This document shows positions 12,870-26,143 of a DNA stretch of 64,000 nt, one piece after another. The position numbers and the translations under genes were made by a program. The notes beneath the pieces were generated by a model that ran no database searches, was not told the DNA's origin, and saw only the letters and a program-made list of their open reading frames with translations. Origin of the DNA: Octopus sinensis (taxonomy: Eukaryota); assembly GCF_006345805.1 (NCBI RefSeq), contig NC_043013.1, positions 48,174,001 through 48,238,000 of the forward strand, written 5' to 3'. Numbering within the stretch: the first letter of the stretch is position 1; every line of letters starts with the position of its first letter.

Positions 12870-13350
12870 TGTAGTATAGAGCAGGTCTCAGGTCAACCGA
12901 TGGGACCAAGATTCTCAGGTCTGCTGGCCATCACATACACGAACCAATCGAAGTGCACGATACTTAGCATCTATCATTCGTGCTTCTTTCTCTCCAAATA
13001 CGTCGGTGACACCATGAGATGCTCTTCATCCTGGGAAGACGCATTTGGTTTTTGCCAGAGATTCGACATCGCCGACAAACACATGAAATTCGAAATTGAA
13101 CTCCCGGACGAGTCCGGAACCTTCTTTCAGCTCGATTTCCAACTCAGATTTACTCAGATTTTACAAGAAAGTTGCCAGTTGAAACTTGTTTGTGCACAAC
13201 GAGTCAGCCCTGTCCACCATAACCAAAGCATACGTGCAAAACGGAATCGTCTGCATAAGTGACAGGTGCAGTGACGTAGCTGTCAAAGCTACCAACACCA
13301 AGTGGTTCCACAAGAGCTTTCCTCCATCTTTCGCCAAATGACAGCATTTA
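12870..13350 (+). mobile_element. Decayed PLE reverse transcriptase fragment
   Basis: KYVGDT (YVDD-like)...HMKFEIELPDESGTFFQLD resembles the PLE RT IKFTxExE..LPFLD segment. Confidence 0.55.
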
Positions 13351-14767
13351 AATATGGCTGAAGTCAAAGGCCTATATCATCAAGTCTGACATGTGCTTCC
13401 TAAAATTACTGTATTTCGACGACAGAATCACAGTTGGTATACATCATGTGATCTGCAGGGAGGGACTTAACATACAGAAGAAATTTCTGTATAGAAATCA
13501 TACCACAAGCAGCTTTGTGAGGGGAACAATGGTGATTTCTCCGACTTGAATATTGCTAAAGGTTTTGGTTGAAAATTTATTTTTACTGCTATTCGCTGGG
13601 GAAAATGAGTTGACGAAAATACAGCTTGGATGATGACGAATGTCCTCCTAAAATTGGAGCGACATTCGTGCTAATTTGTGGACGTACATAAATTACATTC
13701 ACGTATACACACACACACATATCCTGCCTTTTATATATACAGATCCATATATATATATGTATTTATATCTATGGTTGCATTTCTTTGTCAATTAAAGAAT
13801 CATACTGCGCTTTCAAACATGGGTTGCTGTGTAGACCAGTTGTTGTTTAACTCCAGGTTATTCCTGGTTAAGTAGATCTATGATCGAAAAGGACAGTTCA
13901 GTCAACATTACATCAGCTTATTTCGTTGTGTATCAAGGATTACATTAACCAGTGTACCCGTCTCTTTTCTAGATGGTGGGGTTATTATTCAAAAGGGATT
14001 TCATTGCTATTTCTGGTACATCGAGTGACCATATCGAATGACCATGTTGTTGTGAATACCAGGGGAACCTGTAAGTTCTGATGGTATCCACAACATAGGC
14101 AGGTAAGGGGTCTTGATCGGAAAGTAACAGTTATTATTCTAAGTGTCCATTTCAAGGTCAGTATTTGGAATTTATGATGCGTGTGTTTGTCTGAACTGAG
14201 TAGTAGAAATAATAGTTTATTCTGGACAGTGTAAAAATGAGAGCAACCAATAGCTTGCGTCCTAGAAAGACATTCTACAAAGCAAAGGACGCTGCAATCA
14301 TTGCAGGTATAATAGTCAATAAAATATCATGGTGGTTAGTCCCGTAACCAATAGGTTTGGCAGTGTAATTATGGCGTTTTCATTATGTAACTCTGATTTG
14401 TATCCATTTGTATCGTGAAAAATGATAGTTAAAGTAATTAACTGAGATTTTAAAATTAGTATGAAAGCAATTTTTTGTTGTAGTTGTTGTTATTTGCACT
14501 CTTGCGTCTTTTGATACACTGATTCTAATAGAAAAGGAACAAATATAATAGGGGTTTCAATACTTACGACATTCGATAGGCACTACAATCAAATTCACCG
14601 CTGTTCGTGCCTGGATAGCATCGCTTCACACATCACACGCTACACTGGACACACATAGATTTATCAAGCAATTTTTATGTATTGAAATCTATTTACCTGT
14701 GAATTGACGGTGACCCGTCTTCCTAAATGACATCTATATTGAATATCCATAAAATTTCTGTATGAAA

Positions 14768-15348
14768 TTAGAAATATTGAATTTCTAAATGTCTCAGAGA
14801 GACATGAGCGGTGGTGGAGCGATAGAGTGGTTGTATACTGTCAACATAACGTGACAGTCAGGTAAAGGGAATTACACCACTGCCATTTAGCCCTAGGAAA
14901 CATCGATGTTTCCTGTCGGCCTTGACACATTTTCTGTGTCCTTATATTTGCAAAGGGGAGACAGTCACCCGCGCCAGCTGGGACTAAGCACCTGAAGACA
15001 TATGTTTCTGAGTCTATTGCTCGTCGTCAGTTCAGGGTAGTCAGTCCTGCTCGCTGAGATGACCGCAACCTCTCCGCAAATATATCATATTTTCAGTAAA
15101 ATTTATTTACTGATCACCGAAATTGGAAATATTGAATTTCTAAATGTCTCAGAGAGACTTGAGCGGTGGTGGAGCGATACAGTGGCCGTATACTGTCAAC
15201 TCAATGTGATTGCCTCCCCTTTGCAAATATAAGGACACAGAAAATGTGTCAAAGCCGACGGGAAACGTCGATGTTTCCTAGGGCTAAATGGTGGTGAGGT
15301 AATTCCCTTTACGGGACTGTCACATTGAGTTGACAGTATACGATCACT
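14768..15348 (-). mobile_element. ORF-less retrozyme-like retroposed insert: ~355-bp unit, terminal direct repeat, 5' inversion
   Basis: 14-bp TSD atttctgtatgaaa (14754-14767, 15349-15362); direct repeat 14765-14845 / 15120-15200; 15206-15348 is the reverse complement of 14826-14968; contains an HHR. Confidence 0.8.
14964..15063 (-). ncRNA. Type I hammerhead ribozyme with extended stem I
   Basis: Minus strand: CCUGAA-CUGACGA-c-GAG-caauaga-CUC-a-GAAA-CAUAUG-UC^UUCAGG. GUC triplet; 6-bp stem I continued past an internal loop by GGACUGA/UUAGUCC, CAGC/GCUG, GUCAUC/GGUGAC. Confidence 0.8.
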
Positions 15349-15574
15349 ATTTCTGTATGAAACAGGTGGAAATTGTATGGAGCTAACAGCGAAAATGTCA
15401 CGGTTTGTTGCTACTAGAATTTTCACTTATTTAGATTTAAGAGCATGGATTAGCCTTCTTCCTTGTACCGATTCAGCTAAAACTAAGTTACAAATATTGA
15501 AGCAGTCTTCCACTTATAGCAACATTGCAAGTCTTATTTTAAACGTGGGATATTAGAAACACTCATGAATGTCT

Positions 15575-15621
<47 letters not shown>

Positions 15622-16434
15622 GAAGCTCATTTCAATGATAACAGAAGTAAATGTTGTTTCTTTTGTTTGTTTGGTTGGTTGGCTGGCTGGCTGGTTGGTT
15701 GGTTGGTTGGTTGGGTGATTGGGTGGGTGGTTGCTTGGTTGCTTGGTTGGTCGGTTGATCGTCTAGAGAGGGGGAGGTAGAGTGAAATATAGATACAGAG
15801 AAAGTTAACGTAAGGGGTACCGGGTAACAGCACATACTAGGCTTGGTGGCAAACAATGAGTAAAAGAATGTTGCATTCACACACACACACACAGTGGGAA
15901 AGAATTATAGCGGCAAATCACCAGAAGAGGAAGAGGAAGAGGAGGATGAGAGGAGAAGGAGGGGAAGGGGAAGGGGAGAAGAATAGGCAAAGGGGAGGGA
16001 AAGGATGAAAGAAGGGGAGGGAAGGAGGGGGAAAGAAGGAGAAGGATGACGACGACGACAACGCCGAGAAGCATGAGAGGAGGGAGTAATTAACTGTATC
16101 TGAAAATGGCTTTGCCGTAGTTAATGCTTATTCTAATGAATATTTTCCTGAGATGCTTTTCAACTAAGCTGTTCGTTAGAAGAGTAAGTTTTTTTTTGTT
16201 TTCATTTTGTTAATTTCGGCGTATTTTGTTTGTTTTTGTTTTGTTTTGTTTCTTTTGCCTGAGTCACCAGTCTATTCGCTAAGTTAAACATTTATAACAA
16301 ATTCTTCCAAATGAATATATCACTGCATTTGCTACAACTTGAAATTTACCACAATTATTGGCATCAAGAAAATGGTAAACATACAATAATTGTAATTTAA
16401 CTTTTATCAAATTACTCATGGTAACACAAGTATG

Positions 16435-16856
16435 GGATCTTTTCGGTTTGACCGGCAGTTTTTTAAAATAATTTCCACGTAACTAAACACTTTTAAACTT
16501 CGTATACTGGTAGAATGTGTTTATAAAACATCTTTTTCTCTTGGCTTTATTGAGAAAATTCTATAGTTTGTAAGATATTTGCTGTTTTTTTTCATCAATT
16601 TCTGCAATTTCAAACAATCAATGACGTCTATTGGGGTTAAAAAAAACATTCTGTGTCGTATGAATATGTCCCTCGTTTAAGAAACAGATTGGGTTTATTT
16701 ACATTTCTGAAGAAAAAAGAGATACCCTTCCCCCCACCCCTAACCCTAACCCTAAAAGAGATTGAAATGCAATAGATCGATACTAGGGTCATAATTATAG
16801 GTGACAATTTCATATGACACCGATAGAAAAAACTGCCGGTCAAACCGAAAAGATCC
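16435..16856. mobile_element. MITE with perfect 30-bp TIRs and internal (CCCTAA)3
   Basis: TIR ggatcttttcggtttgaccggcagtttttt at 16435-16464 and reverse complement at 16827-16856; possible degenerate 8-bp TSD caagtatg/aaagtagg. Confidence 0.85.
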
Positions 16857-16918
16857 AAAGTAGGTGACAAAAGTAGACTTCCAAAGTTACTCCTCACGTG
16901 ACAGGTAACATTCTAGAA

Positions 16919-16951
<33 letters not shown>

Positions 16952-17001
16952 GTGTGTGCGTGTGTGTGTGTGTGCGTGTGTGTGTGTGTGCGTGTGTGTG
17001 T

Positions 17002-17365
17002 GTGTGGTAAGAAGTTTGCTTCCTAACCACATGGTTCCAGGTTCAGTCCCACTGCGTGGAACCTTGAGCCAATGTATTCTATTATAGCCTCGGGCTGACC
17101 AAAGTCTTGTGAGTGAATTTGGTAGACGGAAACTGAAAGAAGCCCGTCGTATATATGTTTGTGTCTGTGTTTGCCCCACCACTACTTGACAGCCGGTGTT
17201 AGTGTGTTTACACCCTTGTAACTTAGCAGTCCGGCAAAAAAAATAAGTACCAGGCTTTACAAAAAGTAAACAATAAGTACCGGGGTCGATATGTCCGACT
17301 AAAAAAATTCTTCAAGGCGGTGCTCCAGCATGGCCGCCGTCCAATGACTGAAACAAGTAAAAAGG
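17002..17365 (+). mobile_element. SINE family A, diverged
   Basis: Head, CORE-like motif and tail ggcggtgctccagcatggcc...gaaacaagtaaaa present. Confidence 0.8.
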
Positions 17366-17867
17366 TAAAACCTTCGTCTATTGTAGTTTTGCAGAAAATT
17401 ACGAATATTTTGAAGAATCGGTCTTGAGGTTTACATCTCTGTTACACACTGACTAAACGATCCAATAATTTCCGTGGCTAGACTGCAAAGAATCGAACAA
17501 CATTTAGTTCACTGTGGAACAATACTTTTAATGTCTCATAATTCTTTTCACTCAAGTCTTTCAAATATTCGGTAATAATTCAAAACATATATATATATAT
17601 ATATACCTTTTTTTTATATTTCATCAAATTTACTTCACTTTTATGTTGGCGTACAGAAATTGAAAATTATGCTATCCTTTCCTATTTTAGATCAAAAGTA
17701 AAAATAAGTTAAATCCGGCAATCTTCCCGAGAGGATTGAAAAAATCGAATTTACAGTAAAAATATCATCAAGAGATTAAGAACATTGCCTAGAAATGACT
17801 GTTACATATATAGGAAGCCGAAAGTTATGCTATGCTTTTACTAAGAGCATCACCTAGATAGAACTGT

Positions 17868-18404
<537 letters not shown>

Positions 18405-19081
18405 GAGACAAGCCGAAGATAACAGCTTTCTCAGGGTAAGCTACGGAATTTGGTTGGCGTAAACTATTTTAATTCCGTATAATGTTGATAAGAAAAACAG
18501 CCGATACCTTCTTGGGGGGAAATGGGTGAGATAAGACTTAAAAGAAAGACTGTGAAAAGAAGAATTTATTTTGAAGTTTAGTGATTTATTGATGCACTTC
18601 AAGGCTGTAGAATTACAAGACAAGGTTTCATTTCTAGAATAAACTTGATTCCAAACAGAAACAAACAAAAATTTTAAAACATAGCGAAATAGAAGCGGAA
18701 AGAACATGGAAATAAATAAACGCGAATTAAATGTTAGGTGAGTAAACGAAGAACCTGTAAAAGTATATGGAATATCAAGCAGAGTGGCAGAAAATGGGTA
18801 CATTGTATGAAAAAGGAATCCGTTCCCACACATTAATCGCATCTGTGTGTGTATGTGTGTGTGCGCGTAAGCACGTATACAGAAATATGGAGAGTGGAAG
18901 AAAAGAGGGAAGTAATGCATATGTTTATCACGTCTCACATATATATTCATATCACTTACATGTCAATACATTGAAAAGAAGAAGGGAAAGAGATAAAGAT
19001 AGAAAACAACGGTGTTGAAAGTATGGAAAATAAAACTGAAGAAAACTTGGCAAAAATACAGAACAAATTACCCATCATCTT

Positions 19082-20379
19082 TCTTTTTTTTTTCTTTTTT
19101 TTTTTTTGTTGGCTCAGCTTAAGTAAAAGTAGGTTTGTACTTTTCTCTAAAACCATGTGCTAGAAAGTTCTATCGTGGATTGTCAACATGACATAAAGAA
19201 TTATATGATGTCTTAAAACTTTAATAAACTTCGCGAAAAGGAATTAGTTTGTATGACGCGAGAAGAGAATTCTAATGTTATGGACATGGGTCTTCGGAAG
19301 AGAACTGAAAGTATTTTACAACCTGTAACAACAATTCTAACTTATACTCTGTTTAAGGAAACTACCAGAAATATTTCCTGAAGAGCTCCACCTGGAATAC
19401 TAGAATACTTGCGGCACACTAACCTGTTGCCATTTTGTGATTTTATTGATGTAGTCCATAAGAAGTCTTTTCATATTTGGTTTTCTTAATTTTTTTTTTT
19501 TTGTCTAACGCAGTGAATCACTAACGCAAGGTCACATATTTGATGAGGTAGGAAGTTGTGTCCATCCCTTTGATCGACACCAATCATTGACTGATAATAA
19601 TTATGCCGTCTGTGGAACTGAAAGAAATGTAAATAACACAGCACCACTCTACCAATTCTGTCTATATGATTGTTGGGGAGGAGGGTTGCCATCGTAACAT
19701 ACACTATACTCAGAGGAAATATAATATTTTTGAACAAAGCATAAACCAACGAATGATATCCAGTTTATACGAATAGTCTCTTGATGTTGTTGTTGCTGCT
19801 GCTGCTGTTGTTGTTATTGTTGTCTATCTTTCTGTCAGATATTTCCTACAAATGCTTCATGAAGAAAACTTTATAAAAACAAGAAAATATTAAATTAAAT
19901 TATAGCAGAAAAAAATATTACCGTACTGATAATGAAAAAAAAATTAAATTGAATTAACGGAAAATATACTTTCAACGAAAAATATACATTGCCTCAAATA
20001 GATCCTTATAGCTGTCAGCCAATCTATAATGAATATTTTTTTTATCTCTTATATCTCTCTCTCAGCTCAGTCCTTTTTTCTCTTATCACTCTTTTCTTTC
20101 TTCCATTTTATATCCCATTTCTCTTTTCCATTCTCTATATCCGACTCTCGGTTTCTCTTGCTCTCCAGGTCTCAATTTGCATCCATTTTTTTTTTTACCT
20201 TCTCTGAAACAAATCTGTTGGCCGTTCTTACTTTTTCATGTTCTTTATTTCGATTTCTTTAACTCCTACCTCTTAGCTTCATATTCCCTTCTTACCATCA
20301 TCTCCTACTTTCTGCTCCCTTCAATTAATTCCTACCTCACCCTCATACACACACACACACTTTCTCTCCTCTCTCTCTC

Positions 20380-20430
<51 letters not shown>

Positions 20431-21733
20431 ATCTATCCTCTCTTCTGTTGTCATTCAGATCTCTTTTTTTTTTCTTTTTTTTTTTTTGTTGGCTCAGCTT
20501 AAGTAAAAGTAGGTTTGTACTTTTCTCTAAAACCATGTGCTAGAAAGTTCTATCGTGGATTGTCAACATGACATAAAGAATTATATGATGTCTTAAAACT
20601 TTAATAAACTTCGCGAAAAGGAATTAGTTTGTATGACGCGAGAAGAGAATTCTAATGTTATGGACATGGGTCTTCGGAAGAGAACTGGAAAGTATTTTAC
20701 AACCTGTAACAACAATTCTAACTTATACTCTGTTTAAGGAAACTACCAGAAATATTTCCTGAAGAGCTCCACCTGGAATACTAGAATACTTGCGGCACAC
20801 TAACCTGTTGCCATTTTGTGATTTTATTGATGTAGTCCATAAGAAGTCTTTTCATAATTTGGTTTTCTTAATTTTTTTTTTGTCTAACGCAGTGAATCAC
20901 TAACGCAAGGTCACATATTTGATGAGGTAGGAAGTTGTGTCATCCCTTTGATCGACACCAATCATTGACTGATAATAATTATGCCGTCTGTGGAACTGAA
21001 AGAAATGTAAATAAACACACCACTCTACCAATTCTGTCTATATGATTGTTGGGGAGGAGGGTTGCCATCGTAACATACACTATACTCAGAGGAAATTATA
21101 AGATTTTGAACAAAGCATAAACCAACGAATGATATCCAGTTTATACGAATAGTCTCTTGATGTTGTTGTTGCTGCTGCTGCTGTTGTTGTTATTGTTGTC
21201 TATCTTTCTGTCAGATATTTCCTACAAATGCTTCATGAAGAAAACTTTATAAAAACAAGAAAATATTAAATTAAATTATAGCAGAAAAAAATATTACCGT
21301 ACTGATAATGAAAAAAAAATTAAATTGAATTAACGGAAAATATACTTTCAACGAAAAATATACATTGCCTCAAATAGATCCTTATAGCTGTCAGCCAATT
21401 CTATAATGAATATTTTTTTTATCTCTTATATCTTCTATCTCAGCTCAGTCTTTTTCTCTTGTCACTCTTTTCTTTCTTCCATTTTATATCCCATTTCTCT
21501 GTTCCATTCTCTATATCCGACTCTCGGTTTCTCTTTCTCTCCATGTCTCAATTTGCATCCATTTTTTTTTTTACCTTCTCTGAAACAAATCTGTTGGCCG
21601 TTCTTACTTTTTCATGTTCTTTATTTCGATTTCTTTAACTCCTACCTCTTAGCTTCATATTCCCTTCTTACCATCATCTCTCTACTTTCTGCTCCCTTCA
21701 ATTAATTCTACCTCACCCTCATACACACACACA

Positions 21734-21817
<84 letters not shown>

Positions 21818-21854
21818 CTTCTGTTGTCATTCAGATCTCTTTTTTTTTTCTTTT
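19082..21854. repeat. Tandem duplication, two copies of ~1380 bp
   Basis: 19082-20461 vs 20462-21854 near-identical; tc(t)10c(t)4 present at all three junctions. Confidence 0.95.
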
Positions 21855-22296
21855 CCATCGACCCTAACTTGTTTCTTTTCCTTTTAGTCTATAGAAGGAT
21901 TTTACTTAAGCTTGTATCAAAATGTTGAATATCTTATTTAATGATAAAAAGAAAAAAACTACTTTCCATCTTGTTTATGCATTAAATAAAGTTTGTTGAA
22001 GTGTTTGTCGAAATATGCAGACCTTCACGACTAGATCCACAGTTTTAAGTGTGTGATTTTTAGATGACTGCGACTTTTTGTGACTATATGTAGAAGTGCT
22101 CATTGGATTTCTTGTAACATAACTGAGAGTATGCATTCTTGTGTACAAATACGTAAATCCTTTCGTGTATAAGTGTGCTTATACCTCTTTATTCATATAC
22201 TCTGGCGTAAAACATCATAGTTCAGTAATACATGTCACTTTTTCTGTCTTATTTCTGTTATTTTAAATTATTCTGGTTAATATTTCGTTCTTCTAA

Positions 22297-22520
22297 GGCG
22301 GTGAACTGGCAAAGTCGTTAGCGCACCAGACAAAAATGATTAGCGGCAGTTCGTCTGTCCTTACATTCGGAGTTCAAATTCAGCCAATGCTGACTTTGCC
22401 TTTCTTTCTCTTTTCGGGGCCGATAAAATAAGTATCGGTTTAACTCTGCGGTTGATGTAATCAACTTATCTCCTCCCACGAAGTCGTTAGCCTTGTGACA
22501 AGGGTTCTGAACACCCACGC
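22297..22520 (+). mobile_element. SINE family C, diverged
   Basis: ggcggtgaactggc...gagttcaaattc...gactttgccttt...gataaaataagta. Confidence 0.7.
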
Positions 22521-22665
22521 TATGGAGAACTCTCATGGGGGCCTTCACAGAGTGACTATAGTGCAACAACAAGAGCTTTGAAGGGAATTAGATTTTTATA
22601 CTTCTTTGAAATTAATAAATATCTCTTTAGAATGCACCTTGTATACATACATAGATAGATACATA

Positions 22666-23060
<395 letters not shown>

Positions 23061-23333
23061 ACATATATATATGTGTGTGTGTTGTGTGTGTGTGTGTGTG
23101 TGTGTGTGTATACATGTATGTATGCATGTATGTATGTATTGTTTGTACACACGCACACAAGGGTGCAGGGCATGGATGTCATTTCAGATGTGGATCTGTA
23201 TGTTTTGATTTTATATGTGTTCACAAACAAGTTTGCATGTCTTTACGTGAGCTATTCACTTATTTCAAGTCTTTGGTGGCTTGTAGCTCTAATTTCGTAT
23301 ATATATATGTGTGGTGTGTGTGTGTGTGTGTGT

Positions 23334-23750
<417 letters not shown>

Positions 23751-23798
23751 TATTTATATATATATATTTATTTATTATATATGTATATATACATACAT

Positions 23799-23931
<133 letters not shown>

Positions 23932-24183
23932 ATAACATTAAATTTAGGGTAAAAATTGATATTTATCAATTAGAACCAGTGGTCTAGCATATTAAAGAAA
24001 GAATCCGAAGATTAAATTATTTATATATACCAATTAAGGACTGAACACGAAAAAGTGGACAGTCAACATGCTAGATATAGACGTCAAATCGCCATTCTCC
24101 ACAAAAAGTCTATGTTCTCAGATCAAACTCAACACAAAACCAAAACAATAAACAAGTGAAAAATATACGAAATAAATATTTAC

Positions 24184-24249
24184 CCATGTACTAAATTCAG
24201 TTTCGGCTGTTATTTTCCGCAAGGAAAAGTGCAGCCATCATCAGCATGG
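24184..24249 (-). ncRNA. Type I hammerhead ribozyme
   Basis: CCAUG-CUGAUGA-u-GGCUG-(cac UUUUCC uugc GGAAAA uaa)-CAGCC-GAAA-CU gaauuu AG-UA^CAUGG; all three helices Watson-Crick. Confidence 0.85.
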
Positions 24250-24730
24250 TCCCATATAAAATGTAATTTGCTGTACTAAATGCCAACACGATACCGAAAT
24301 ATCGCGTGCATGGAGTACGGCCTATTACATTTGAAATATATATTTCAAATGTTTCTAATTTTGGCGCGATGAGACCCGAGAAAACCAGCCTGCAGCTAAT
24401 AGTTAGCAGCAGTTAATTTATCGGTTAGAGAACAAATATTTATATAACATTAAATTTAGGGTAAAAATTGATATTTATCAATTAGAACCAGTGGTCTAGC
24501 ATATTAAAGAAAGAATCCGAAGATTAAAATATTTATATTTATATATACCAATTAAGGACTGAACACGAAAAAGTGGACAGTCAACATGCTAGATATAGAC
24601 GTCAAATCGCCATTCTCCACAAAAAGTCTATGTTCTCAGATCAAACTCAACACAAAACCAAAACAATAAACAAGTGAAAAATATACGAAATAAATATTTA
24701 CCCATGTACTAAATTCAATTTTATATGGGA

Positions 24731-24795
24731 CCATGCTGATGATGGCTGCACTTTTCCTTGCGGAAAATAACAGCCGAAACTGAATTAGTACATGG
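24731..24795 (+). ncRNA. Type I hammerhead ribozyme (inverted copy)
   Basis: Same motif on plus strand; predicted cleavage after GUA at 24790; loop III one nt shorter. Confidence 0.85.
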
Positions 24796-25026
24796 GTAAA
24801 TATTTATTTCGTATATTTTTCACTTGTTTATTGTTTTGGTTTTGTGTTGAGTTTGATCTGAGAACATAGACTTTTTGTGGAGAATGGCGATTTGACGTCT
24901 ATATCTAGCATGTTGACTGTCCACTTTTTCGTGTTCAGTCCTTAATTGGTATATATATATAATATATTATATTTATATATATTTATATATATAATATATA
25001 TTATATATGTTTATATACATACATAC

Positions 25027-25143
<117 letters not shown>

Positions 25144-25278
25144 GACATGTATATACACACTCGCAGACACGTGTACACACATACGCAGCTGACTCTGTAG
25201 CTTTGAGGCTGAACTGTGTTGGTGATTGATTCGTTGCCAATGACTCGAATACTTTCTTTTAGGCACAGTCTACGATGT

Positions 25279-25881
25279 TCTGATTTGTAGTAGTAGCTGC
25301 AGTAACGTCCCTGATGTGTAAACAGTACATCATTGTGTGTTTCTCATGAGCTTTGTAGAGAGTGTTTTCTAACCCGGAATAGAAAGACCTATCTTTGGAA
25401 AGCAGTTTTGCTATGTTATGGATGGAATGGAAGCACTCCGTCGGTTACGACGACGAGGGTTCCGGTTGATCCGATCAACGGAACAGCCTGCTCGTGAAAT
25501 TAACGTGTAAGTGGCTGAGCATTCCACAGACACGTGTACCCTTAACGTAGTTCTCGGGGATATTCAGCGTGACACAGAGAGTGACAAGGCCGGCCCCTTG
25601 AAATACAGGTACAACAGAAACAGGAAGTAAGAGTGAGAGAAAGTTGTGGTGAAAGAGTACAGCAGGGATCACCACCATCCCCTGCCGGAGCCTCATGGAG
25701 CTTTAGGTGTTTTCGGTCTATAAACACTCACAACGCCCGGTCTGATTTGTAGTAGTAGCTGCAGTAACGTCCCTGATGTGTATAAACAGTACATCGTTGT
25801 GTATTTCTCATAAGCTTTGTAGAAAGTGTTTTCTAACCCTGAATAGAAAGGCCTATCTTTGGAAAGCAGATTTGCAATGTT
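25279..25881. repeat. ~140-bp direct repeats flanking a headless SINE
   Basis: 25279-25417 and 25741-25881, roughly 90% identical. Confidence 0.9.
25418..25742 (-). mobile_element. SINE, family B body with the ...gtcgtaaccgacggagt tail, 5' truncated
   Basis: Body matches family B; tail matches that of the SINE at 36983-37300. Confidence 0.85.
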
Positions 25882-25922
25882 CTAAATGTGAGAACGTCAG
25901 GTAAGATTATTAATAATCATTT

Positions 25923-26143
25923 CTGGCAGAATCGTTAGCACGCCGGGCGAATGCTTAGCGGTATTTCGTCTGCCGTTACGTTGTGAGTTCAAACGCCACC
26001 GAGGTCGACTTTGCCTTTCATCCTTTCGGGGTCGATAAATTAAGTACCAGTTACGCACTGGGGTCGATATAATCGACTTAATCCGTTTGTCTGTCCTTGT
26101 TTGTTGTCTCTGTGTTTAACCCCTTGTGGGTAATAAAGAAATA
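25923..26143 (+). mobile_element. SINE family C
   Basis: High identity to 9755 and 43356 copies. Confidence 0.9.

Noticed and set aside
13625-13672. Hairpin acgaatgtc-ctcc...ggag-c-gacattcgt after the PLE RT fragment
   Set aside because: Could be an HHR stem II relic, but both catalytic-core halves are missing.
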